Assembly: GCA_965218425.1 (NCBI GenBank)
Contig: OZ244621.1
Location: 3,424,001-3,488,000, forward strand
DNA from: an uncultured Candidatus Binatia bacterium
GTDB taxonomy: Bacteria > Desulfobacterota > Binatia > UBA9968 > CAXXLF01
DNA length: 64,000 nucleotides
Direction of reading: 5' to 3'
A program made the translations under genes and the position numbers. The notes beneath the pieces are model-generated. The model did no database searches. It was not told where the DNA came from and worked only from the letters and a program-made list of their open reading frames with translations. Of this stretch, positions 20,028 through 30,238 are shown one piece after another (position 1 is the stretch's first letter; each line of letters starts with the position of its first letter).

Positions 20028-21155
20028 ATGAGCGAGAACCCAGGGGAAGCCGGAGAACTCATTCTCAGCGTTAGAGACCTGACTAAACGCTACGAAACCG
20101 TTCGGGTTTTGAACGATGTGAATTTTGATGTGTATAAGAACGAAATCCTGGTCATTTTAGGTCCGAGCGGGTGTGGCAAGAGTACCACGTTACGCATCAT
20201 AGCAGGGTTGGAACGTCCGGATACGGCCAGGATCGAGCTGATGGGTAAAACCATTTCGGATTCAAAAAAATGGATCTTTCTACCGGTGGAAAAGCGCAAC
20301 CTAGGAATGGTCTTTCAATCCTACGCAGTATGGCCCCATATGACCGTAGAGGACCATGTTGCCTTTCCATTGATTGTGAGGCGCTTCTCTAAGAAGGACA
20401 TCAAGCCGAAGGTCAAGCACGTATTGCAGTTTGTTAATCTTGAAGGATTTGAGGACCGTCTCGCCAGTAAACTGAGTGGTGGGCAGCAGCAACGACTGGC
20501 TTTGGCGCGGGCTTTAGTGTATGAACCCGATTTGCTTCTTTTGGACGAGCCACTGAGCAATTTGGATGCCCAATTACGACAACAGATGCGTGTCGAGCTG
20601 AAGAGCTTGCAACAACGGTTGGGGACGAGTTTTATATTTGTTACCCACGACCAAGTTGAGGCGATGACTTTAGCAGATCGCATACTGCTAATGAGAGACG
20701 GACAAATTCAGCAGCTGGGTAAACCCGATGAATTGTACGAAAATCCAAGCAACCAGTTTGTGCACTCTTTTTTGGGAAAGACAATCCATTTTCAGGGGCA
20801 ATGGACCCAAGAGGGGGGCCAAAGATTTGTGGAGTTGCCGGGCGGCTATCGACTTCGAGCGGCAGACAGTGTATCGGTGGGAACCTCTAAAGCGAATAGT
20901 ACTGACTCGGAACGCACGGTCCAAGTAACCCTACGGCCGCAGGATATAAAGTTTGTACCTGAAGAGCGTAAACCGGAAGTAAATGAAATTGAAGCTGTGG
21001 TTGAAAACGTCATCTATCTAGGCGACCAGTACGAAGTCGCCTTGCAAGCTTGCGACAACCATTTTGTGCTCACTGTAGATAATTCGGCGCTAAAGAAGGG
21101 AGCCAAGGTTCTCTTAAAAGTGGAGATCGAGCAAATTAAAACGTGGTCTTTATAG
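20028..21155 (+). CDS. ABC transporter ATP-binding protein (FbpC/PotA-like, TOBE domain)
   Basis: GPSGCGKST, LSGGQQQR, LLLDEP, VTHDQ; start placed at the ATG after the AGGAG RBS. Confidence 0.92.
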   Translation: MSENPGEAGELILSVRDLTKRYETVRVLNDVNFDVYKNEILVILGPSGCGKSTTLRIIAGLERPDTARIELMGKTISDSKKWIFLPVEKRNLGMVFQSYAVWPHMTVEDHVAFPLIVRRFSKKDIKPKVKHVLQFVNLEGFEDRLASKLSGGQQQRLALARALVYEPDLLLLDEPLSNLDAQLRQQMRVELKSLQQRLGTSFIFVTHDQVEAMTLADRILLMRDGQIQQLGKPDELYENPSNQFVHSFLGKTIHFQGQWTQEGGQRFVELPGGYRLRAADSVSVGTSKANSTDSERTVQVTLRPQDIKFVPEERKPEVNEIEAVVENVIYLGDQYEVALQACDNHFVLTVDNSALKKGAKVLLKVEIEQIKTWSL

Positions 21156-21211
21156 TGAGATGAACTGTTGGGTGAACATAAAAATGGAATGAGTCATCAG
21201 GGAGGTAGATT

Positions 21212-22303
21212 ATGAAATACTATCTAGCGGTCATTTTAAGTGGCTTGGTTTGGGTGCACTGTACGGCCCAACAGGCGATCTCTGGCCCAATCGAGGACTG
21301 GGACAAGGTCCTCGCAAAGGCTCGCCAAGAAGGCGTGGTGGTTCTGGGGACGAACCTGGGCCTGCCCAAATTTCGCCAGTCCGTGACCAAGGCCTTTAAG
21401 GGGCAATATGGTTTTGATGTCGAAATACGGTCCATGAAAGGCGCAGAGCTCACAGCTATTGCGGGTAGGGAATGTGCTGCTGGTCGCCCAAGTATGGATG
21501 TCCTGCTATCTGGAAATAGTGAGCTTATTACCCTTTATCCGAAGGGTTGTTTGGCCCCCCTTAAGCAGAAATTGCTATTACCCGAGGTAGTGGACAGCAA
21601 AAATTGGAGAGGGGGCTTTCTCAAATTCAACGACCCTGAAGAAAAGTATATGTTGCAGATGGCTGAATATTATTACGCCCCGGGAATTCATAACAAGAAC
21701 CTTGTCAAGGCAGAGAAGCTGAAATCAATTCAAAGCCTGGTGGATCCAAAGTATAAGGGGAAGATCGCCAGTTTTGACCCGCGTCGGGGGGGTGCAGGTC
21801 AAGCCGTTGCAGCCTATCTCCTGGTAAGCTTGGGTGATGAGTTTATCTCTCGCCTCTACGCACGGCAAAAAGTTACCTATACGACGAACCATCGTCAACT
21901 CGCCGACTGGATTGCACGAGGGAACTACGCGATAGGTTTGGGAGCTGCAGGAAGGGCTTATTTGCCCCTGATGAGGGAAGGTCTTCCAATAGGCGTGATG
22001 AGTTTTGACGACATAAGAGGTGAGGTCGTTGGAGGTAGCAGCGTCATGAAACTCGTCAAGGACTCACCCCATCCGAATGCCGCGACGATTTTGCTGAACT
22101 GGTTAGCCTCGAAGGAAGGACAGGGGATCTTTGAGCGTTATGTCCTACAGAAGAGTCGTCGACTCGATGTCCGTACTCCGGAAATACCGGACTTTACGAT
22201 TCCAAAACCAAACCTGGAGTACCACGACGGCTACTCGCACAAATACTACGCAAAGGAACGTCGTGGGGCCAGGAAACGTCTATTGGAAATACTCGGGAGA
22301 TAG
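21212..22303 (+). CDS. ABC transporter substrate-binding protein (Fe3+/thiamine-type cluster)
   Basis: Signal peptide; WDKVLAKARQEG, LVDPKYKGKI, SPHPNAATILLNWL. Confidence 0.88.
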   Translation: MKYYLAVILSGLVWVHCTAQQAISGPIEDWDKVLAKARQEGVVVLGTNLGLPKFRQSVTKAFKGQYGFDVEIRSMKGAELTAIAGRECAAGRPSMDVLLSGNSELITLYPKGCLAPLKQKLLLPEVVDSKNWRGGFLKFNDPEEKYMLQMAEYYYAPGIHNKNLVKAEKLKSIQSLVDPKYKGKIASFDPRRGGAGQAVAAYLLVSLGDEFISRLYARQKVTYTTNHRQLADWIARGNYAIGLGAAGRAYLPLMREGLPIGVMSFDDIRGEVVGGSSVMKLVKDSPHPNAATILLNWLASKEGQGIFERYVLQKSRRLDVRTPEIPDFTIPKPNLEYHDGYSHKYYAKERRGARKRLLEILGR

Positions 22304-22368
22304 CCTTGGGAATAAGGTTCACAATGAGCTCATGAATGCTCATGGTTCTTGAAATGTAAACGACCCCT

Positions 22369-24075
22369 ATGGAGCGTGTGACACAAATCGAGGTCATCGA
22401 GCTACCAAAGCCACCTCGACGCCCATTTTTAGGGATCAGCACGATTGTTTTACTGGGGGCGGCGGCAGCCAGCCTGCCCCCCGTGCTGTTTATCCTCATT
22501 AACAGTTTCAATAGCGCGGATCCTGCGGAACCGTTTCGCTTTGGTTTGGAAGGGTGGACAAGTGCGTTTGCCAATAAGCGTACCCTGAGCTCTATTGGTT
22601 ATAGTTTCCTCCTCAACATTCGGTCCGTTCTAGGGATTGCCATAGGCTTTTTTTTCTCCTGGTTGCTGATTCGAGTGCGTATTCCGTTCAAAGGCTTCAT
22701 TGAACTCTCGCTCTGGATCGCTTATTTTCTCCCTTCCTTGCCTCTCGCCATAAGTTGGATCCTCCTTTTGGATCCCAATTATGGACTTCTGAATCAGTGG
22801 TTTGGGGGATGGGGATTTAAACTCACTCCGTACTCGATCTATGGGATCGTATGGGTGCATCTAACTGCGAGCACAATACCGGTTATGACTATCCTATTAG
22901 CCCCTGCGTTCAGACAACTGGAGGCTTCATTAGAGGAGGCCGCGCGAGTCTGCGGTGCGGGAACCTGGCGGACTTTTAGACATGTACTGATACCGGTACT
23001 GGGTCCAGCCCTATTCACCGTATGGATAGCCGGCATGATCCGTGGCCTGGAATCGTTTCAGGTCGAACTCCTCTTGGGTCGCCCGGCGGGAATTGACGTC
23101 TTTGCCACTCGTATTTATGACCTCATTACCTGGGAACCTCCCGAGTTTTCACAGGCTATCACGCTTAGTACCTTCTTTCTGGTCGTCTTATTCATACTTG
23201 CAATGCTGTATCAATCCTATACCCGGGACCGCCGTTACGTGACGGTGTCTGGTAAAGGGGCTACATTTCGTCCCGTCGACCTGGGCATAGGGCGATACTT
23301 AATCTCTGGTGCCTTGCTTGCGTTTTTAGCAGTGGCGGTCTTCTTACCGATGGGTGCCCTGGTTCTAGGTTCGAGTATGAGGATATTCGGTTATTTTGAG
23401 ATCTCAAATCCCTATACCTTGGGACATTGGAAGGCCGTAATTGAAGACCCGGTGTTCCTCTCGTCCATCCGTAATTCCCTTGTCCTCGGCTTCTCCACGG
23501 GTATTTCGGCTTTAATAGTATATTGTCTCATAGGCTATGCATTGGTTCGGCTCCCTCTAACAGGTAAGTCGGTGGCCAATGTCTTTATCTGGCTGCCGTG
23601 GGCGGTACCAGGAATTCTCATGGGTCTTGGCTTTCTGTGGATGTTTTTATCGGTGCCGTTTCTGTCTCCTTTCTATGGCACCATCTTTAGCTTGACCTGG
23701 GTGCTGATTATCAAGGAGCTACCCATCGGGGTACACCTGATCAAGGCTAGTTTTAGCCAGCTTTCAGAGGATCTGGAAAATGTAGCCCGGGTTTGCGGAT
23801 CAAAGTGGTTGTATAGTTTCCGCCGCATCACCATTCCGCTGATCTCTCCCACACTGGTAGCGATCTTTGTCATTGTCTTCATGGCTGCAATCCGTGATGT
23901 GGACAATGTCGTGCTCCTGGCCAACGCGTCCACCCGACCATTAGCGATTTTGATGATGGAATATGCCTTGGGTGGTGAGATGGAATCAGCCTCTATCGTG
24001 AGTGTTATTTTAGTCGGTTTTGCCATTGTGGTAGCTGTCTTTGTCCGGAGATTCGGCTACCGCATGGAGAACTAG
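22369..24075 (+). CDS. ABC transporter permease (FbpB-like, double domain)
   Basis: Hydrophobic; LEEAARVCGA and LENVARVCGS EAA loops; paralogue of 1461-3194. Confidence 0.9.
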   Translation: MERVTQIEVIELPKPPRRPFLGISTIVLLGAAAASLPPVLFILINSFNSADPAEPFRFGLEGWTSAFANKRTLSSIGYSFLLNIRSVLGIAIGFFFSWLLIRVRIPFKGFIELSLWIAYFLPSLPLAISWILLLDPNYGLLNQWFGGWGFKLTPYSIYGIVWVHLTASTIPVMTILLAPAFRQLEASLEEAARVCGAGTWRTFRHVLIPVLGPALFTVWIAGMIRGLESFQVELLLGRPAGIDVFATRIYDLITWEPPEFSQAITLSTFFLVVLFILAMLYQSYTRDRRYVTVSGKGATFRPVDLGIGRYLISGALLAFLAVAVFLPMGALVLGSSMRIFGYFEISNPYTLGHWKAVIEDPVFLSSIRNSLVLGFSTGISALIVYCLIGYALVRLPLTGKSVANVFIWLPWAVPGILMGLGFLWMFLSVPFLSPFYGTIFSLTWVLIIKELPIGVHLIKASFSQLSEDLENVARVCGSKWLYSFRRITIPLISPTLVAIFVIVFMAAIRDVDNVVLLANASTRPLAILMMEYALGGEMESASIVSVILVGFAIVVAVFVRRFGYRMEN

Positions 24076-24258
24076 GTATTGACGGTTACCCAATTTCGCG
24101 GGAATCGAATATCTGGGTATCGGGAACTATTAGAAGTCGCATGATTGCTTAAATATGAGGAAGTTTCCCAGCGCTACCCCCCCCCACAATTAATTACGAG
24201 CCGTTGTGCAGAGACTCCACACGGAAATCGCTAATTAAAAAGAGATAACGGTAGTTCA

Positions 24259-25197
24259 ATGGCCGGAATTAAGCTTACGCTTTCCTGCGGGTATTACGAT
24301 CGCACGCTCCCAGTGCTCGACGGAAGAGTCAAGCCGGAAGGTATCGAGCTGGTTGTTGTATCACCGCTTGTTCCAGGGACCTCGATGGGGTCGCCGGATG
24401 CCGACGTATACGAGACCGCTAATCCCGCACTGATCATACAAAAAGACCGCGGCCAGGGTCACCTAGGCATCCCGGTCTTTCCGCGTCGTAAGTTCTTTCA
24501 CCAATTGTTGCTCACGAGGAAAGACGAGAAGATCTCTTCCTTTGAAGATTTTGCAGGCAAGAAGGTTGGCATTCTCAGATGGTATCAGCATGCCATGGGG
24601 GTATGGCTTAGGGGGTACCTCAAGGACAAATACGGTATTGACTCGAGGGAGATTCACTGGTTCACGGAGCGGCAGAGTTTATCCCCTCTGGAAGCGTCCA
24701 CGGGGGTGACAGTCACATTGATACCTGAAGGCAAGAGTCTTGTTCAGATGTTGGCTGATGGAGAACTGGATGTCTTGTGTCACGAGGATGCCCATCGGAT
24801 GCTGCTGCATCAAAATCTGAGACGGGTATTTCCCAACTTCAAGGACCTAGAGGCCTCTTATTTCAAGGAAACAGGTATCTTCCCCATCAATCACGTCCTG
24901 GTCATCAAAAAGGAGATCGTGGCTAAAAGTCCCTGGGTGGTGCCCAGTCTCATCAGTGCCTTTGAAAAAGCCAAACGGTTGGCCCTGGACACCCTGGACG
25001 GGGACAATTCACTTATAAGTTCGCCATGGGTGGCTCCGCTTTTAGAGGAGCAGTATCGTTTGCTGAGGAGAAACATGTTTCCATACGGGTTGGAAGCCAA
25101 TAGAAAGGAGCTGGAGACTCATATTGGTTACCTGCACGATCAAGGTCTGATATCGAGGGCCTTGGGGCTAGAGGAAATCTTTGCTCCGGGCAGTTGA
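24259..25197 (+). CDS. 4,5-dihydroxyphthalate decarboxylase-like protein (OphC/Pht5 family, PBP2 fold)
   Basis: LTLSCGYYDRT..VLDGRVKPEGIEL, IPVFPRRKF.H, GVWLRGYL, TGIFPINH, PYGLEANRK.LE. Confidence 0.75.
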   Translation: MAGIKLTLSCGYYDRTLPVLDGRVKPEGIELVVVSPLVPGTSMGSPDADVYETANPALIIQKDRGQGHLGIPVFPRRKFFHQLLLTRKDEKISSFEDFAGKKVGILRWYQHAMGVWLRGYLKDKYGIDSREIHWFTERQSLSPLEASTGVTVTLIPEGKSLVQMLADGELDVLCHEDAHRMLLHQNLRRVFPNFKDLEASYFKETGIFPINHVLVIKKEIVAKSPWVVPSLISAFEKAKRLALDTLDGDNSLISSPWVAPLLEEQYRLLRRNMFPYGLEANRKELETHIGYLHDQGLISRALGLEEIFAPGS

Positions 25198-25441
25198 TTG
25201 TCGGTGTTACTCTTGGAGCCCCATTCTTCACCGTTGGCTCTTGCGTCCCCGTGCCCACCTTCGGAATGAGTCAAGTGAGAGAAGTCTTTGGCTTTTTTGA
25301 GATGGAAGGTACTATCGACGGTTTCCGTGTAGGTCGCCCCTGGTCATGCCAAAATGGGGTGTAGAAAATGGTTCCACGGAACGGATCAGTTTGGCTGTGC
25401 GTTAAAGAGACCACCGGCCTAGAGAAGGGATTGACTCAACC

Positions 25442-27430
25442 ATGTTTGAAGCAGCAGTTCATGGTTTTTTAAATATTTTCCAGGCAAAGGCGATCCTTGG
25501 CATGTTCGGGGGGATCGCGGTGGGTACTTTTACCGCCATCACGCCGCAGGGCCTGGGCACTCCGTTGATGTATGCCTTGTTTCTTTCCGTTGTCACCCAA
25601 TGGGATCCCATCGTCGCCATCGCTTTTCTCATCGGCATGGATGCAGTGAGCAGCACCTGTAGCGCCTACCTTCCAGTGCTATTTGGCATTCCCGGCGGAG
25701 CAGGATCCCAGGCCACCGTACTTGACGGTTATCCCATGGGACGAAACGGCGAGGCCCGCCGTGCTTTGGGGGCCGCATTCACGGCCGGAATGTTAGGCAG
25801 TCTGGTGGGAATGATTACTCTGGCCGCGGCGATTCCCGTGGCCCGGGCAATAATTCTATTGCTTGGGTCTCCCGAGCTGTTCGTGATTACCTTGTGGGGT
25901 GTCAGCATGGTTTCCATCCTGGCGGGTCCTCGGCCGTTAAAGGGGCTCATTGCCGGGACATTCGGCCTGATTCTTTCGGTGGTGGGGATCCAGGCCCAAT
26001 CGGGCGTGATGCGCTTTGTATTCGACCAACCTTACCTGCTTGAGGGATTACCGCTCAGCATCATGGCCCTGGCCGTGTTTGGCATTCCATCCGCCTTGGA
26101 TCTAGCGATTACCAAGGTAGGAGTTGAGAGACCACCGATGCCTCTGAAGGGTAGCCTTTTGCAGGGGATCATGGATGCGATTCGCAACTGGTGGTTAGTG
26201 GTACGGGTCAGTTTTTTAGGGATCTGGGTAGGTATTATCCCCGGGCTCGGTGCGCAGGTGGTGGACTGGCTCAGTTATGGGCATGCCGCGCAAACCTGTA
26301 AAGGAGGGAAGGATACCTTCGGTAAAGGGGACGTGCGCGGGGTCATCGCCCCTGAGGCTTCCAATGACGCCAAGGACGGAGGGACCCTGATACCAACTTT
26401 GACCCTGGGGATACCCGGGAGCCTGGTTTCTGCCCTCTTTCTGTTTGCCCTGATCACCATGGGATTCTCACCCGGCCCCTATATGCTGGAACGAAACCTA
26501 GATCTGATTTACAGCGTTGTATGGGTATTAGGAGTCGCAAGCCTCATCGGTGCCGCGCTGGGGCTGCTATTCGCCACGCCTTTTGCCAAACTCGCAGAGC
26601 TGCGTTATTCCATCATTGTTCCCATGATCCTGACATTCGTCATGATTGGGGCTTTAAGCGCTACCCGCCATCCTGCGGATCTGCTGCTGGTGGTCATGTT
26701 TGGGATCGTCGGCTTCACTCTGAAGAGGTTTAGCTACCCACGGCCTCCCCTGGTGCTTGGGATGATTCTCGGTTTGTTGATGGAGAAATATCTATACATC
26801 TCAACCGCGCGTTACGAGTTTGCATGGCTCCAACGTCCCCTAGTGATCATCCTGCTCTTGCTGGTTGCGGTCTCCCTGGGTTACACTCTCTGGAGCCGGC
26901 GGGAGAAAAAGGAACCTGGCGAGACGAAGCAGGTCACTCGGCCAATTAGATTGACCTTCAACTACAATGCAGGATTAACTCTGGCATTCCTGCTAGCCTT
27001 TGTATATGTCATCGTCACCAGCTGGGACTGGCCATTGATTGCTAGACTCATGCCGGTTTACGTTGGGGCGATCCCAGGGATCTTCTTGGCTACCACTCAA
27101 CTCTTTCGTGACGTCACGGGTTGGGAATCTCGCATTGCCGCCAAAGGCGTGGAAATGGATGAGACTGCCATGGGGGGTGAATTGGAACGAAGAGTGGAGA
27201 TCACCCGGACGGTAAGCTTCTTTGGGTGGTTTGCCGGCGCTGCGGTGACCATCTGGCTTTTTGGTATCGTCATCGGACTGCCGCTTTTCGTGCTACTGTA
27301 CACCTACTTTGATGGTGGGGAAAAATGGTGGATGTCTGTTATTATGGGAGTGGGTGCGTTTGCTCTTGTGTGGGGGTTGTTCGAGGGGATCTTTGAAGTC
27401 TTGTGGCCGCCAGGGTTGTTTTTTGAATGA
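25442..27430 (+). CDS. tctA: Tripartite tricarboxylate transporter TctA with fused C-terminal TctB-like domain
   Basis: GIPGGAGSQAT.LDGYPM...GEA.RALG, GVIAPEASNDA, LIPTLTLGIPGS; about 170 extra C-terminal residues with 4-5 TMs. Confidence 0.88.
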   Translation: MFEAAVHGFLNIFQAKAILGMFGGIAVGTFTAITPQGLGTPLMYALFLSVVTQWDPIVAIAFLIGMDAVSSTCSAYLPVLFGIPGGAGSQATVLDGYPMGRNGEARRALGAAFTAGMLGSLVGMITLAAAIPVARAIILLLGSPELFVITLWGVSMVSILAGPRPLKGLIAGTFGLILSVVGIQAQSGVMRFVFDQPYLLEGLPLSIMALAVFGIPSALDLAITKVGVERPPMPLKGSLLQGIMDAIRNWWLVVRVSFLGIWVGIIPGLGAQVVDWLSYGHAAQTCKGGKDTFGKGDVRGVIAPEASNDAKDGGTLIPTLTLGIPGSLVSALFLFALITMGFSPGPYMLERNLDLIYSVVWVLGVASLIGAALGLLFATPFAKLAELRYSIIVPMILTFVMIGALSATRHPADLLLVVMFGIVGFTLKRFSYPRPPLVLGMILGLLMEKYLYISTARYEFAWLQRPLVIILLLLVAVSLGYTLWSRREKKEPGETKQVTRPIRLTFNYNAGLTLAFLLAFVYVIVTSWDWPLIARLMPVYVGAIPGIFLATTQLFRDVTGWESRIAAKGVEMDETAMGGELERRVEITRTVSFFGWFAGAAVTIWLFGIVIGLPLFVLLYTYFDGGEKWWMSVIMGVGAFALVWGLFEGIFEVLWPPGLFFE

Positions 27431-27503
27431 TGCATTAGGAAGCTCAGAATTGTTCCATTCAGATTCTTAATGGGGCGTCAAAAAACCAAAGAAGGAGGAA
27501 ACC

Positions 27504-27932
27504 ATGAAGATCACCGATGTAGAGGAGGTTATAAAAAAAGAAAGAAAGGGGGAGGACCGAAGAACGGATCTGTTCAGGACAAAGAACCTGACTGCTTGGC
27601 TACTGTATTTTCCACCCGGAGACGTTCAAAGAATGCATAACCATCCTTCGGACCGGACCTATTATGTGATCAAGGGTCGGGGCATCATGAAGGGACCCAA
27701 TGAAACCCATGAGCTTTCTCCCGGAAAGATTATCAGTATCCCTGCCTTGGAGTTTTATGAGGGATCCAATCCAAACGATGAACCCATGGTGCTTCTAGGC
27801 AACAGTTCCAACCCGACTCCGCAAGATTACAAAAAGATTGGCGGAATGCGGTCTGAGATCGATGACGCGACAGGAAAGCAAATCGTATTTCAGCATGGTG
27901 GTGCCCAGGACGAAGGAAAAATCGTCGACTAA
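27504..27932 (+). CDS. Cupin_2-domain protein
   Basis: PGDVQRMHNHPSDRTYYVIKGRG...LSPG...IPA; AAGGAGG RBS. Confidence 0.78.
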   Translation: MKITDVEEVIKKERKGEDRRTDLFRTKNLTAWLLYFPPGDVQRMHNHPSDRTYYVIKGRGIMKGPNETHELSPGKIISIPALEFYEGSNPNDEPMVLLGNSSNPTPQDYKKIGGMRSEIDDATGKQIVFQHGGAQDEGKIVD

Positions 27933-28062
27933 TCCGCGGCACCCACGGAATCGAACCTAGACCCTTTTTTGCAGGAGGCTGGAAGTCCAGGCGCTGATAG
28001 ATTCTTCGAGCGTGGTGGACATCCAACCCTCAAAAACAATGGTGGAGAGCCTCTATGCCCAT

Positions 28063-29127
28063 CTACTTAGGGGGCTCATAACCTATCTGCTTATATTCCT
28101 TTAGAATTTCGGGTTTCCACTGCGTATAGATACGCGCAGCCGTTTGTACCTCGTCACCAGAATAGACCCCGCCAAAGGTTGTGCCCCTTAGCACCAGTGT
28201 CTCCCATTCCTTTTGGAATTTGCGATCCTTGCCGACTTTCAACAATGCCGCTTCGAGAGGACCCCTGATACTTTCCGGAGTTCCAGGCGGTAGCGCCATG
28301 GAAGCGCTTAACCGCCCCGTTGTGTTGAACTTGCGTATGATCTCACGGTGGCTCTCTTTTTTAGCGAAGTCCATGAGCGCAGGCACGTTGGCAAAGAGGG
28401 GATAATCCAAGGGAGGCAACCTTTCCGGGAGGGTCACGGCAACATGGGGGACGACCAAACCTTTTTTTATCATATCGGGACGTCTCGCCAGCAAGCTCGC
28501 GGCGTCATTGACTCGGCCATCCACTTCACGCCGCTCGATGGCGAGGTCCAGTTCGGTGGTTGAATAACCCACAACCCAGCGAACGTTCAATCCCAATATC
28601 TGCTCCATGAGGCGCCCATAGATATAGGAACGATGCCCTACGCGTGGGGCACCCAGAGCAATTCTTTTCTTTTTCAAGTCTTTCAGTGTATTGAATCCCG
28701 CTTGCTTATGGGTATAGAGGACATTGCGTTGTTTACCGGTGCTGACGGATCCGATCCAGGTATTCTTGTGAGGCGTATAGTTAGCACCGGGAAAACCAAG
28801 AAACGAAATCTCCAAACCTGAAGCCGTCTCCATCAGGATGACCGAACCATCGGGCTTGGCCTTCTGGAACCGTAGGTTGGCTGGAATGGCTTTCCCACCC
28901 GGAATGTTTTGGACAATGAAATCGGGGCTTCCAGGCAAGTATTTTGCCAGGTACTTGGCAATCGTACGACTCTGACGATCGATCCTCCCCCCAGGGTCCC
29001 AGGCCACGATGAGAGTAATGCTCTTGCCATCGAAACTATACTGGGCCTGGGTCTTGTTCGGACTAACTGCCAAGGCCATGATCACCAGAATGATCGCAAG
29101 GTTTAAAAGAACTCTCTTCCCTTGCAT
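28063..29127 (-). CDS. tctC: TctC/Bug-family substrate-binding protein, copy 1
   Basis: Signal peptide; GKSITLIV...PGG..D..SR, IVQNIPGG, AKPDG, LAIERREVDG, LPPGTP. Confidence 0.82.
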   Translation of the reverse strand: MQGKRVLLNLAIILVIMALAVSPNKTQAQYSFDGKSITLIVAWDPGGRIDRQSRTIAKYLAKYLPGSPDFIVQNIPGGKAIPANLRFQKAKPDGSVILMETASGLEISFLGFPGANYTPHKNTWIGSVSTGKQRNVLYTHKQAGFNTLKDLKKKRIALGAPRVGHRSYIYGRLMEQILGLNVRWVVGYSTTELDLAIERREVDGRVNDAASLLARRPDMIKKGLVVPHVAVTLPERLPPLDYPLFANVPALMDFAKKESHREIIRKFNTTGRLSASMALPPGTPESIRGPLEAALLKVGKDRKFQKEWETLVLRGTTFGGVYSGDEVQTAARIYTQWKPEILKEYKQIGYEPPK

Positions 29128-29153
29128 CCTATTCCTCCTTGAATCGTCGAAGC

Positions 29154-30218
29154 CTATTGTTTAGGGGCCTGGTAGCCCAAGCGCCGATAGCCCTTTAAGA
29201 CCTCAGGCTTCCATGACGTGTACGTGGTCACGGCCTTTTCCACCTCAGCGGCAGAAAACACGCCTTGAAAGGGCCGGATGCCCACTTCTTTCACCCACGC
29301 ACGTTGAAACGCTTTATCTTTGCCCAATTTAATGACAGCCTGTTCCAAGATCTTTCTGACGGAGTTTGGTGTTCCCGGTGGCAGCGCAAAAGAACCACCC
29401 AGTCGGTCCGTGGTGTTGAATTTCCGGATGATTTCGCGGTGGAGTTCGGTTTTCGCAAAGTTATAAAGAGAAGGCACCTTAGCCAATAGAGGATCATCGA
29501 TGGGTGGTAGGTACTCCGGCAGTGCCATGGCCACGTGGGGAACAATCTGTCGTTTTTCGAACCAGTCAGGTCGATCTCTCTGTGCAGAGGCGGAGTCGTT
29601 AACCCTTCCATCCAGCTCTCCCCGTTCGATGGCGATGTAAAGCTCCGGTGTCGTGTAACCAAGGACCCAGCGTATTTTTAGATCCAAGACTTCCGCGATA
29701 ACTCGGCCATAGATGTAGGAACGGTGGCCTACACCTTGGGAACCCAGAGCGACCGTACGAGACCTGAGGTCTTCGAGGGTGTTGAATCCGGCTTGCTTAT
29801 GGGTGAAAAGCACATTGCGTTGTTTGCCGGTGCCGACAGCGCCCACCCAAACGTAGTCTCTAGGGTTATATTTTGCTCCGGGGGCACCAAAATATGGGGC
29901 TTCCATATCCGAGGAGACCACCGTAGCGATCACCGTCCCATCGTTTCTCGAGCGAGAAAACTTCATTTGCGCGGGAATCCCTTTGCCACCGGGTATATTT
30001 TGAATCAGGATACTGGGTTTCCCCGGGATGTATTTCCTCAAGAACTTCGCTGTGGTCCTTGAGATCCGGTCGCGGCGTCCCCCGGGTGCTGACCCCAAAA
30101 TCATCGTGATGGTTTTGCCTTCGAAATAGGGTTGGGCTTGTGTGGTGCCCGGAGTTGTCACTGACCCCATGGCGATGAACACACCTGTAAAAACTGAAAT
30201 GTAATGCCTTAAGCTCAT
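29154..30218 (-). CDS. tctC: TctC/Bug-family substrate-binding protein, copy 2
   Basis: YFEGKTITMILGSAPGG..D, QNIPGG, IAIERGELDG, LPPGTP. Confidence 0.82.
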   Translation of the reverse strand: MSLRHYISVFTGVFIAMGSVTTPGTTQAQPYFEGKTITMILGSAPGGRRDRISRTTAKFLRKYIPGKPSILIQNIPGGKGIPAQMKFSRSRNDGTVIATVVSSDMEAPYFGAPGAKYNPRDYVWVGAVGTGKQRNVLFTHKQAGFNTLEDLRSRTVALGSQGVGHRSYIYGRVIAEVLDLKIRWVLGYTTPELYIAIERGELDGRVNDSASAQRDRPDWFEKRQIVPHVAMALPEYLPPIDDPLLAKVPSLYNFAKTELHREIIRKFNTTDRLGGSFALPPGTPNSVRKILEQAVIKLGKDKAFQRAWVKEVGIRPFQGVFSAAEVEKAVTTYTSWKPEVLKGYRRLGYQAPKQ

Positions 30219-30238
30219 TGAGCGAATCCTCCTGATGT